DNA of 64,000 nucleotides, taken from positions 19,034,001-19,098,000 of the forward strand of contig JBHGNT010000001.1 of NCBI GenBank assembly GCA_043228905.1. The letters run 5' to 3'. Below, in pieces: positions 33,403-45,163 of the stretch. Position 1 is the first letter of the stretch. Each line of letters opens with the position of its first letter. Source of the stretch: Azolla caroliniana (taxonomy: Eukaryota; Plantae; Polypodiophyta). Both the position numbers and the translations under genes were made by a program. Below the pieces are notes generated by a model. That model searched no databases. It had not been told where the DNA came from and saw only the letters and a program-made list of their open reading frames with translations.

Positions 33403-36400
33403 TGATATCAGAGCGTGTGGGTTGAGAACCTCTGCTGCAGACATCTACGCTTGTGAAGGAAACCCTAACAGATCGGAAAACAGACACAAAAGGAGAAATG
33501 GACATAGGTATGGCTACGTCACTCCCGGTGGAGAAGCTCGACAGAACCAACTACGCATCTTGGTCATACCAGATGCACTAGTACCTGCTTGGGCATGGCT
33601 ACTGGAGTTATGTCGACGGAGTGAACGACTCAGCACCGGAGACGACACACATGGACTTCCCAGTGTGGGAACAGGCGGCAAGCAGGGTGCTGTACTGCTT
33701 TGTGTCCAGTGTCGGTGACTAGCTGCTCAGCCATATCCGTGACGCCAAGACACCGAAGGATGCTTGGGGAAACTTGAAAAAGGTCTTCGCCGCAAGCGCC
33801 ACTACCCGGAAGCTACAACTCAGACAGGAGTTGAGCAATGTTCGACAGAAGAACATGTCGGTGGCAGATTACACAGACCGGATCAAAGGGATCTGTGACT
33901 CGCTAGCCTTTATTAACGTCACCGTAGAGGAAGACGAGATGGTGCAGGTCTGTCTTGGAGGCCTGGCGTCCAAGTTCGGAGCTTTCCGGACTGCGGTTTG
34001 TACAAGGGAGAATACGCCCTCATTTTTCGACTTACAGTCAATGCTCCTTGTAGAGGAGAACCACGCCGGTGCATCTACCAGCGCATCCCCAGACAACCGG
34101 ATGCTGTACACGGGAGCGGATCGGTCCCAAGGGCGTGGTGGACGAGGCAGGTCGGCACGCAATGGAGGCGGCCTGCAAGAGCAGGAACGAAGGCACAGTG
34201 AGCGTGCCGACAGCAGTTTCGGGACTTCCACAAGTAGGGGGAGTCAAGGTGGTGCTGGAGGCCGGCAAGACAAACCCACTACAGAATGTTGGTACTGTGG
34301 CAAAAAGGGCCACAAGGAAAGCGAGTGCTAGAGAAAGCGTGCCGATTTGGACAAATCCGGATCCGGCAAGACCAGTAAGGAAGGCCGGCAAAGCTCGCAC
34401 TACGCAAACGGATCGGGAGGATCCAAGAACGGTAAGGGGCCAGCCTTGGTGATGAAGCACAAGGCAAACTCAATGAAGAAGACCACTTCCAAATCGGAGG
34501 AAGTGTGGTACGTTGACTCCAACGCATCGAACCACATGACGGCCACGGGGAGTGGTTCTCCTTTTTGGAGAAGCCAGATCAACCGGGAGTTGTCGAAACC
34601 GGAGACGACACTCCCCACCCGATCGTGCACGTCGGAGAAGTCCCTTTGAGCCACGTCGGACAGAGGGCAAAGCTGATGAATGTATTACATGTTCCAATGA
34701 TCATGAAGAACCTGGTATCGATCGGACAGGTCGTCGACCAAGGGATGTAGGTGTGGTTTACGCACCTCGGGTGCTTCATTGAGGATGAGGGCGAAGTTAT
34801 TACGCAAGGGCGCAGAGACAGGAGGATGTTTATCCTCAACACCAATGATGTCGGCACCGCACTGTTCGCCAAAGGACAAAAGGTCGAGTCGGATATCGAC
34901 CTGTGGCACAAGCGCATCGGCCACATCAACTACCGGAGGCTTCAAGACCTGCAAACGTAACAAGTCGTTTTCGGTTTGCCAAAGTTTAGCGGCCGGAGAG
35001 CCCAAATTTGTGAAGCCTGCCAACTCGGGAAGCAACACCGGCTTCCATTCCCCACTGAAAGAAATCGAAGCCGTAACAAGCTCGATCTTATCCATTCGGA
35101 TGTGTGGGGACCGGCACAAAATGTTAGCATTGGCGGGAGTCGATATTTCGTCTCCTTCATCGACGACTACACACGGCATACGTGGATCTACCTCATTGAG
35201 CGGAAGAGCGAAGTCTTCGAGTGTTTCCAGAGCCTCCAGAAGATGGTGGAATGGGAATCGGAAAGGAAGATCAAATGCCTACGGTCGGATGGCGGAAAAG
35301 AGTACTTTTCCGGCCAATTCAATAGTTATCTGCAACAAAAAGGAATTCGGCGAGAATTCAGCTGCAGATACACACCGCAACAAAATGGTGTGGCCGAAAG
35401 GAAGAATCGATTGCTGATTGATGCGGCTAGGGCAATGCTGGAGGAAAAGAGCATGCCCAAGTTCTACTAGGCGGAGGTGGTCCAAACGGCCGTTTACATC
35501 CAGAACCGGATTGGGGACAAGGTGTCAGCTCACGAGCTGTATTTCGGGCACAAGCCGAATTTGAGACACCTCCGGATATTCTGCAGCATAGCCTATGTAC
35601 ATGTGCCGGATGAGAAGCGGAGAAAGCTGGATGCAAAATCGGAAAAATGCATCCTAGTCGGCTATGCTCAAGAGCAAAAGGGGTATAAGTGTTATAACCC
35701 CCGGACGAAGCAGGTCCGAGTCAGCTGAGATGTCGAGTTTGATGAATCGGCATCGTGGTATTCCTTACCGACTCCGACTTACGATCCCGACCCGATGTCG
35801 GAGGATGGGGCTAGTGAGCCCGAACCAGCCCAGGTAGAGAAAGATGAAGCCGGGACTCAAGATGATAGTCCGGAATCGTTCCGGTTAAGCGGACCAAATG
35901 AGAGACTGGATCAGTCCAACCAGTCGGATGATGAGACGACGAGCAGTGGAGACTCTGTCGTGCTCTCCCCGCGCAAGGAACCGAGGAGACGGTTCACACG
36001 CAAAGAGAAAGAGAAGCAGAAGATGCCGGAATTCGAGACCGGCAATGATGAGTCGGATCGGTGCGTATCTGACTTCGACAAGGACATAGGCAGATCTTCG
36101 GGAAAGAAGACCGAACCGGCCAAGAAGGGTCTCATACCGGGTAACGGTGAGTTACGCCGGTCCACCCGCCAGAAGGATCCCATTAAACGGTATGGGTATA
36201 ACGAGTACATGGCGCATCATTATGCGTACATGACCAAGGTTGCGGAAGTGCGTGAGCTGGAGAGCTACGCAGAAGCGGCAAAGGACGCAAATTGGCGTGC
36301 CACTATGGAGGAAGAAATGCAGGCACTGGATGCCAACGGAACTTGGGACCTGGTTGACCCTCCCCGTCACTGTAAACCGATCGGATGCAAGTGGGTGTAC

Positions 36401-38786
36401 AAGGTAAAGTACAATGCCGATGGTACAGTTAACCGGTAAAAGGCCCGGTTAGTGGTGAAGGGATATGCGCAGACCCACAGAATCGACTACGACGAGACCT
36501 TCACTCATGTAGCGAAGATGACGACGGTTCGTGTGGTACTGGCGGTTGTTGCGGCAAGGGGGTGGCATCTTCATCAGTTGGATGTGAAGAATGCCTTCCT
36601 TCAAGGAGATCTTGAAGAAGAAGTCTTTATGACTCAGCCCCCCGGATTTCAGTCGGAGATGAACAAGTCGGCGGTATGCCGGCTGAGGAAGTCGTTGTAC
36701 GGCTTGAAGCAAGCCCCCCGTGCTTGGAATGCTAAGATCACGCACCGGTTGCGAAAGATGGGGTTTGTTGCCTCTAAGTCGGACTCTTCCCTGTTCATCC
36801 GTCAAGGCTCAAACGGTCTGGTGTGTATCTTACTCTGTGTTGATGATTTAGTCATCACCGGCACAGGTCTTCCGGAAATCAACCACGTCAAGTCCCAGTT
36901 GTCGGACGCATTCGATATGAAGGACTTGGGGGACCTTCATTATTTTTTGGGGATCGAGGTGATCCGCACCCCCGACGGCATATTGCTTTCTCAACGCCAT
37001 TATGTGTTGAATATGCTGTACAAGTTCGACATGACGGAATGTCGACCTGTCTCCACACCCCTGGACCGGAATCAAAAGATCCGTCCCAACTCTGGACCAG
37101 CCTGCGATGAGAAACGGTTCCGACAAATAGTCGGAAGCCTGATCTACCTGACCATCACCTGACCCGACATTAGCTATCCGGTCAGAGTGGTAAGCCAATT
37201 CATGCGACCGTCAAACACCTGCAGTGCGCGCAACGGATACTGAGGTATGTAAGCGGCACTAAGGACCGGGGGCTCTTATACCGGCAAGGTATAACCGAAG
37301 AGCTTGTCGGCTACATGGATGCCGACTGGGCTAGCGATGCAACGGATTGTCACTCAACTTCCGGCTTTATGTTTTCTCTTGGGAGTGCAGCTGTTGCGTG
37401 GAGCAACAAAAAGCAGCCAACAATGGCTCTATCCAGCACTGAGGCTGAATACCGGGGCGCAACCATTGCCACCTGCAAAGCCATTTGGCTTCGGCGACTA
37501 CTACAAGACCTGCGGATCGAGGTACCGACCCCGATCCTGATCTACTGCGATAACCTCAGCAGCATGCAGCTGGCCAAGAACCCTGTGTTCCATGCTCGCA
37601 CAAAGCACATAGAAGTGCATTATCACTTCGTGCGTGAGCGGGTCCTAAGCGGTGAAGTTGAACTACGGTATGTTCACACGTATTGGCAAGTTGCCAACAT
37701 CTTCACCAAGCCGCTCAGGTCGGACAAGTTGCAGCACTTTACCGAAATGCTTGGTGTTCAGCATCTCGACATGCCGCACTTGAGGGGGAGGCGCAAGGGC
37801 AAAGACACTACCGAAAGGGGCAAAGGCAAAAAAACTATTGAACCCGTAGGTAAGAGAAGAACCGGTAGAGGTGGAGACAAGAAGAAAAATGAAGCCGAGT
37901 CGACGAAGGAAGTCGGCACATCCGAACAAGTTTGTGAACCGGCTGAAGAAGCCAAGGGAAGCATGGAGAAGGCCAAGACCCGGACATGGTCCGATGTGGT
38001 GAGAGGCCTGAAGCCGAAAATTGAATCGGAGGATACCGATTCGGACAAGAGCTGGAAAGAGTCGGAAACAGCCGATTCAGATCAACAGACGGATCCGGAT
38101 GAGTCGGATCAACGAGAGGCCAAGGAGACACAGACGCAGCGGAAGTCGATGCCATCACGGTGGAACCGACAGATCGGCAAGCGTCGGAGTCATAACAGCG
38201 AAGGAGCTGAGATGGGCCTATTGAGCAGACATGCCGAAGGTCGAGGCGCGCAGAACCAAAGGGGTCACGACAAACGGGACCAGACCGAACAAGGAGCGCG
38301 AGCAAGGCGAAACGACGCTAGGAGAAGTCGGTTGGAAGAACCGGCTGCCACAGAGGTTGACACTACGACCCTACCTCAGGTTGAGCTTGAGGGGGAGTGT
38401 TGAGCGGCAAGCTCAACCGGAGCCGGATCGACTGAATAAGCCTGAGCCGGTAAGCAGTAAGGACCGGTGAGTTGGGGAGCCGGTATGCCGGATCCAATCC
38501 GTAACCGGAAGCCTAGTATAGGTTAGACTACTAGGCAGTTATAGTCTCGTAGTTAGTGTCAGATGCTCGTGTGAGCATTGAAGTACACCGTACTTCTAAC
38601 AGTCCCGTGTGGACTTGTATAAATAGCGCTGATGAGCGCGTTGTAGATACAGAGCACAAAGTATTAATATAATCTTGGAAAATAGTGTGTTTTGCTCTCT
38701 CACTCTCTGTCTCTCCCGCGTACTCTCTCTCTCTCTCTCTCTTTGTATTGTTCTTTCTAACGCTTCCGCAAGCAATCTTTCACACA
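33403..38786 (+). mobile_element. Ty1/copia element F (A-related): complete internal region and 3' LTR, 5' LTR missing
   Basis: PBS TGATATCAGAGC at 33403-33414. gag from 33498 (CWYCGKKGHKESEC), then PR, INT, RT (LC/YVDD) and RH (DADWA..TKHIEVHYHF). PPT at 38388-38397 and LTR at 38398-38786. Multiple stops. Confidence 0.92.
37315..38403 (+). CDS. RNase H of F with a ~200-aa charged C-terminal extension
   Basis: The RH domain ends near HLRGR (~37790). The frame stays open through K/E/R/S-rich sequence up to the LTR. Confidence 0.6.
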   Translation: MDADWASDATDCHSTSGFMFSLGSAAVAWSNKKQPTMALSSTEAEYRGATIATCKAIWLRRLLQDLRIEVPTPILIYCDNLSSMQLAKNPVFHARTKHIEVHYHFVRERVLSGEVELRYVHTYWQVANIFTKPLRSDKLQHFTEMLGVQHLDMPHLRGRRKGKDTTERGKGKKTIEPVGKRRTGRGGDKKKNEAESTKEVGTSEQVCEPAEEAKGSMEKAKTRTWSDVVRGLKPKIESEDTDSDKSWKESETADSDQQTDPDESDQREAKETQTQRKSMPSRWNRQIGKRRSHNSEGAEMGLLSRHAEGRGAQNQRGHDKRDQTEQGARARRNDARRSRLEEPAATEVDTTTLPQVELEGEC

Positions 38787-40687
38787 AGGTCTCTCATCTA
38801 TGATCCTAATTGAGTGCCCATATTGTTCAACTCTTTCTGAATTTTGGATTGTCGATACAATCCATTCATATGTTACAATCTTTATGGAAGATAATTGCTT
38901 TTTGCTTGTATCTCAGCTTATTTAATTGCTTCCAAATCAGCAAGTAGTGCTTGTATTCTTGAGCTCATGGAAGCTATGCAACTAGCCATCATCTGTTCAT
39001 CCTTTTCAGTCACTATGGCCCTTACTTTTGTAGATTGAACTTGGTGGACAGGTGTCCTAGCCGGAATATCCACATGAGAGGTTCATGATGACTTCAAGCC
39101 AATGTTGGTACTGGAGGATCCTCTATAATGTTTTGATCAGTGACGATTAAAATCTTCCCAATCTACGTCGATGCCACCCTTAACTTCACATGCAAATGCA
39201 CATGCAAAAATAGTACCCACGTCATTGTTATAGATTTGATTAGTATCATAAACATGTTCATATCTTGTCTTCAATAAGTTCACATATTCCTTGTTCAACC
39301 CACTTATGTGGAATCCTCGCATTGTATCGGGATGTGGTGACCCCCAGGTTTTTATCAACCACTCTCTCAGCTCTTCATAAACTTTTGGTCATGCTCGAAG
39401 GAAATAATGCCATCCGAGAGGTGTGCCTTGAATGATGGAGTGGCACATCTTCTTCCTCTAAGTTGATGAGTTCATCACCCTTTCTCTTGTGGGTGTCTTC
39501 TTGCTTTCTTTGTAGGCGTCCTTTTTCTTTACTTCACTGGTGTCTTCACTTTCTCTTTCACCAATGTCTTCTTTATGGGTGTCCTTCTTGTCATTGTCCT
39601 GGTCTTCACTATCCTTGTTGAAAGAATATGCATCTACAAGAAGAAAACTCATCAAAATACCATCAACAACCAACAAATCATCATATTAACCAATTCAATC
39701 TAAGTTGCATGTACAAGCCTCTTCTTGGACAGAGGACAAACTCTTATCCATGTCAAACACACACAAAATCAAAACAATCGGACATGAAACATAGAGAATA
39801 CGAAAACACATCAGTTGGACATGCAACACAGAGAATATGAAAAATCAAACCCTAAACCGTAAATACAACACAAAGAATACCTGGAGGTCGTAGAAGTTGC
39901 AGATGGAACGATACGAGCCAAGGTCAAGGCAGAGGTACCACACCGTGTTGATGTCTTCACCTTGGGAGCACACCAAGCCAAGGAAATCACCTATATGCAA
40001 GAGGTCATTGTTGAGGTCGTGCAGAGGAGACAAACACACATACATAGAGTTCAGGGAACGTAGGGAAACAACAAGAACAACGAGCATAGAGGGGAAACAA
40101 CAATCTATGCATATACAGAGTTCAGAGAACGTAGGGAAACAACAAGAACACCGAGCATAGAGGGAACACAACAATCTTTGCATATACAGAGTTCAGAGAT
40201 GGTAGGGAAACAACAAGAACAATGAGCACAGAGGGAACACAACAAGAACAACGCAGGGAAACGGAGAATCAAAGGTGGAGTGAGAGAGACCAAGAGAGAA
40301 AGAGAGAGATAGGTAATATATGCAATTGATAGAAACTTTCTGTCACTATTCGATTGGCAACTTTGAGAGAGAGAGAGAGAGAGAGACAACAGACTGACCA
40401 ACTGACACGTTCAAGATCTTCTCCAGGTCTGCTTTTGTACAACTCTACCTAGGAGAATGAAGTTATAGTTAATGTATTAAATACGGCATTGGGACACTTC
40501 AATTGTGACATATAATATCCTTGTACATTCCTATTGAATTTGTTATTTGAATTCGAACCTCACTCAATGGATGATGATCCACTATTTTCTACAATAATTG
40601 TTTTATTTTCAAATTTTTATGTTTATTTTCTTCCTCGATTTAGTACTAAATTTTTTGGCCAAAAGTTGGTACACCGTAGCATTGCTT
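38787..40687 (-). mobile_element. Probable 5' part of a DNA-transposon-like element with decayed exons, 71-bp tandem repeats and a (CT)n leader
   Basis: Broken minus-strand coding-like segments at 38790-39625. Three 71-bp units at 40039-40251. (GA)n at 40365-40386. Abrupt junction to a gypsy fragment near 40687. No transposase motif recognised. Confidence 0.35.
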
Positions 40688-40699
40688 CGACCCACATAT

Positions 40700-41310
40700 T
40701 TTAAGAAACTTTTATAAACAAGAATACTAGACAGTTTAGTAGAATTCGCACTAAGAGAAGTGTTAGGTATTGCAAAAAAGGAATTTCATGATGAAATAAT
40801 TGATATTGTGCGAAGAAAGAAGCAAGTTAATGAGCAGGTAAAAGAGACAAATGTAAAGGTGGCATATGAAGTGGTGAGCAACGAGTTAGAAAATGTCATT
40901 GTCGATTCTCAACATGCATCAACCTCAATGATAAGTTCAACGAATGCAAGAAGCCACTACTCTCAAATGTTGGGCAAGAGCCTCTTACTAAGCATCATGT
41001 GAAGATTGGAGATGTTTCAAACCCTGTGATGGCACTTATTGATCATGGTTTAGAAATAAATATAATGAGTGTTGATTTTTACAAGAAAGGTAGATGGCCA
41101 ATTGATAGTCAGCATGGTTGGCGAGTAAAAGCAGCCACATCAGCCACCGAAGACTTATTTGGTGCATGCCCAAATGTAAAGTTTACTATTGGTGATATAG
41201 AGGTAAATCAACATTTCTTTGTGCAAGAAGGATCTACCTATCCTATTGTCCTAGGGCAACCATACATTACAATAGTGCCAATGGGGACCAAAGTCCTTGA
41301 TAATGGTTGT
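40700..41310 (+). pseudogene. Fragment of the Trp-lineage gypsy gag end and protease
   Basis: LREVLGIAKKEFHDEIIDIVRRKKQ..MALIDHGLEINIMS..QHFFVQ..IVLGQPYIT matches C and G. Confidence 0.85.
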
Positions 41311-41690
41311 CTATGTAAAACTTTGAAATTTTGTTTTTTGAAATTTTTGGGTAATCGTAGTTTTTTTTTTGTTTATAAAAAAATGATCACTTTGGAAGTT
41401 TCGGCGGAGTTAGGTACATGTACCCCGGTTAGGTTTAGGCACCCGAGTTAGGTGAATGTACTCAGGTTAGGTGTGAGAGCCGGGTTAGATGTGATAGATC
41501 CGATGGTGAGAGCCGAGTTAGATGTGACAGTGGGTTGGGTTTCAAGGAATGCACGCGTTTTTTGTGGATAGAGATCCAACGGTGCAGCACATGGCACACA
41601 CGCCCATCCCATTTGAACCGTCTGTGACCCCACCATTTCATTTCGTCACCGAGCCTATAATTATGATTTGGTTGCAAAATAGAAACGTGC

Positions 41691-41810
41691 CATACATACA
41701 AATACAAATACAAATACAATAGAAATACAATAGAAATACAATAGAAATACATACATACATACATAATATATAGATAGATAGATAGATAGATAGATAGACA
41801 GAGAGAGATA
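41691..41810. repeat. Compound microsatellite directly upstream of the host gene
   Basis: (CAAATA)n, (TAGAAATACAA)n, (TACA)n and (TAGA)n in series. Confidence 0.85.
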
Positions 41811-41894
41811 TATAGGTAACATCACATCCAGAAGAAGAAGAAGAAGAAGAAGGAGGAGGAGAAGGCGAAGTCTAAGGCAGGGGAGGAAGTGGCT

Positions 41895-44521
41895 ATGGTG
41901 GCTCTGTATTCCTCCTCCTACCTTTCATCGTGGACCGTTCGCCATTCTTCACGTTTGCCTCCATTTTCTTCTCCTCCTCCTCCCTCTTCGCTCTGTGGTT
42001 CTTCCTGCAAGCCTTCTATGATTCTTCTTCTTCTTCTTCGCGCCCAGCTTTCCTCACAAGATGACCCACAAAGAGCAGATCACATTACAAATCCTTCATT
42101 GCTCAATAACAACAATAACAACAACCACCACAAAAAACCTCCTCTCCTTCCCTCGGTATGTCTCTTCACTTTCTATACATGGGATGGGCTTTAGGGCATT
42201 ATCAGACCAATGCTAAACCATCCATTCGTGTGTCTATTTTAACTTTCAATAGACTTTACAAGGGTTCAATGTGGATGTATCATGCATATCAGTATCTCTG
42301 ATGCCTGTACTACGGAAAGAAAAATTGGAGAGTCAAACCTTAGCCCCCTACAGAGCTAAACCATCTCAAGTTAAAACAAATTTGGTCTTTAATTAGAATT
42401 TGTGTTTGTGAAGCAAACGCTTCACGACACCAGAGCGAGTACCTACCGCTATGCTATACTTAACTCGGTAGTAGACAAGGAGACATGTATCTCAATGGTA
42501 GAGTTTGAACCTGCTTGTACTGTTCTGAGGCCTACTTTGAAAAACCAAACAACAGAATGTTGACGACGACAACCCTAAAGAAGCCACTACTGACTTTCTC
42601 TCTTACCAAATGTATGTTGGATTCTGTTGCTGAAGACGCACACAACAGGCAGTAGAAATCTACAGAAAATAGGAGTCTAGTATGTATATTTTTCAAAAAA
42701 GAAGGGCAACCTTAGTGACTTAACAACCGTAAGTGTTATACTTTTCCGAGGCTAGGGTAAAAAAAAAAACTCCTAACTATCTTAACTGTGTTCAGACTCT
42801 ATCATTGAGATACATGTGTGTTCATGTCATGCATCACTATCATAATATATATATATATCAACATTGCCCTCAAAAAGGTGTCACGTTCCCAATGCTGTGT
42901 GTACTAGGGTTGATAATGGACACATAGAGTGTGGTAAGTATGTAGCTGCTACACGAGAAGCTTAGGAAGGAAAAGGCCATTGGAAAGAGGTGGAATGGAT
43001 AGTTAATTCAATTTCAATGCTTGCAAGTGATGGACAAAGAGAGACTAGAGCGCCTGAACATTAGCTAAGACAACCTAGTTAACGAGAATGATTTTTTGTG
43101 TTGTTAGAGACAACAAGGTGGATTTGGAGTGATGATATATGTGTGTGATCATTCATTGGATAATAAATATAACGACTTAAAATCTTGTATTTTCAGGTAT
43201 TCTAGGAGTTCAATAGTTTGTTTGAAATTACATATACTTTCGAGGTTGTAACATTTTTGTTGCTGTCCATACTGGTTGCATCAACTAAATTTGAAGTGCT
43301 ATTTTGTGAATAGAATCCTTTTCCCCTTTCATTCAATGATATCATATGTACAAATATTATCTTCCTTATTGATGAGAGAATTATCAAAAGCATGGTGTTC
43401 ATGTGCTAACCTTGCACATTATACCTCATCATTATCTTCGTCTAGTGAATGATCTTCCATGAGTGATAATTAATGCATTTAAGATCTCAACTTTCCTTGA
43501 AGTGGTTCCTTAAGTTTGGTATCTTTACAGTTTTTGATCCCACTTTGAGTCAGTAATAGAAGGAATATAAGAGTTAAAAGGTCATTTGATAGATTGAAGA
43601 GGAATATAACGGTGGTTAAGGAAGTAGTTGAGAATTTGAAAATATCCCTTTGGATGTTGAAGTATCAAATGTGTTGACATGTGTAGTTAGAGTTTTGTGA
43701 TAGGGTCCTCTTCAAATTACAATGTAAGTTTATAAAGAAAGGCAAGACCATTTTCATCCTCATCACATTCAATGAATGATGAATGGGGTGTGGTAAGGAC
43801 ATCAACAGAATGAATAAAGCTAGGGGTATTTCATAACTCATTAATTGTGCAACTACTCCCAGATCATGTGGGAAAAAGTATTTGTTATTTGAACCATATC
43901 CGGCCAGAAGACCTAGGGTTACAATGCTTGGATATCAATGTAAAGAGAAATACCTATATTCAGATTAGATGTATAATCTTGACTAATACAATTTTTGTTA
44001 GTATGTAGAAAAATTCCATGTGCATTAGAGACCTGACTGTAGGATATGGAGATCTTTTTGAACTGTCAGCCTCAAACAGGTCTTGCTATTGTGTTGGAAC
44101 ATGCATGTAAATAGTGGAACCAAAGATTTTGAAATAGCCAATGGAAGGATGAAAACCCATACTAAGTTTTGAATGGTGTTTTATTTGTAGAGCATTTGCA
44201 ATTCAATACTTGAGAGTTATCAATCTAGCATGCAAATTCCATTGTAGCTCAAATTTTCTTTCTTCTGCAGCCCATTTCCTGATTATATGGTGGAGAAACT
44301 GGATACTTAGAACATAAGTTATTGTTCTAATTTGTGGAAATATATATTCATCTCTATGATTACACCTGAGCGTCTTAAGTTTTGTAGCTACTGTGCTGCT
44401 TTTCGACGGTAGAATAAAAATGTTCAAAGCATTAAATACGTGATTTGAATTTAGAAAAGCCAAAGATATCTTAAAAAATCGATGAAGCACTGGGCTCTTA
44501 CAGTGTGTGTGGGGTTGTTGG

Positions 44522-44579
<58 letters not shown>

Positions 44580-44746
44580 GCCATGAGCACTCCATTTGTA
44601 TACATATTTATAAATCCCCTTCCACATTATTGTGCAGTTGAGTTTCTAGGATACATTTGGGCCACTTGGTCAAGTGCCCTGAAATCACATTCTAATATTA
44701 CAGTATATATTATTGGAGGGCCTCCTTTGTTGTCTCTGAACCTGAA

Positions 44747-44788
<42 letters not shown>

Positions 44789-45163
44789 GCTCTTGCTCCA
44801 ATCCCATCATAACTAATAGGACTTGGTCTCCCCTTTCATATTTATCAATCATCTAAGAAATGTGTTTTGAGTTTGGCCATTGCTGCTGTAGTTATGATGG
44901 ATAGTGGTTGGTGCTAAGTGGTATATCGTTTATTTGAACTTTGAAGGACAATCTCTTTTCTTTGTAACCAGGAGGATGTCCATTATTTGATCAAGGTCTC
45001 TTTGGGTAGTATTGCTGGTGCTGCACTTATCAAGTATGGTACCTTACTTCTACCTGACATTACAAGACCTAATGTTTTCGAGGCTTTTGCAATAGTTGGC
45101 CTCCCTGTTGTTGTAGCTACGGTTTTATTAACAATTTCTAGCCTTCAAGGAAAGGGGAGGTAA
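41895..45163 (+). CDS. Host gene with 2 exons (41895-42155, 44972-45163), 150 aa; putative plastid-targeted small membrane protein with 2 TM helices
   Basis: Ser/Pro-rich transit-peptide-like exon 1 ends at a phase-0 GTATGT donor. Pyrimidine tract and CAG acceptor at 44971. Exon 2 reads [57 protein letters not shown], which resembles a conserved uncharacterised plant/cyanobacterial membrane protein. Confidence 0.82.
44050..44500 (-). pseudogene. Highly decayed copia integrase fragment in the host intron
   Basis: [14 protein letters not shown] (cf. LRSDNGGEY) and [25 protein letters not shown]. Confidence 0.6.
44523..44576. repeat. (TA)27 microsatellite
   Basis: Direct observation. Confidence 0.95.
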
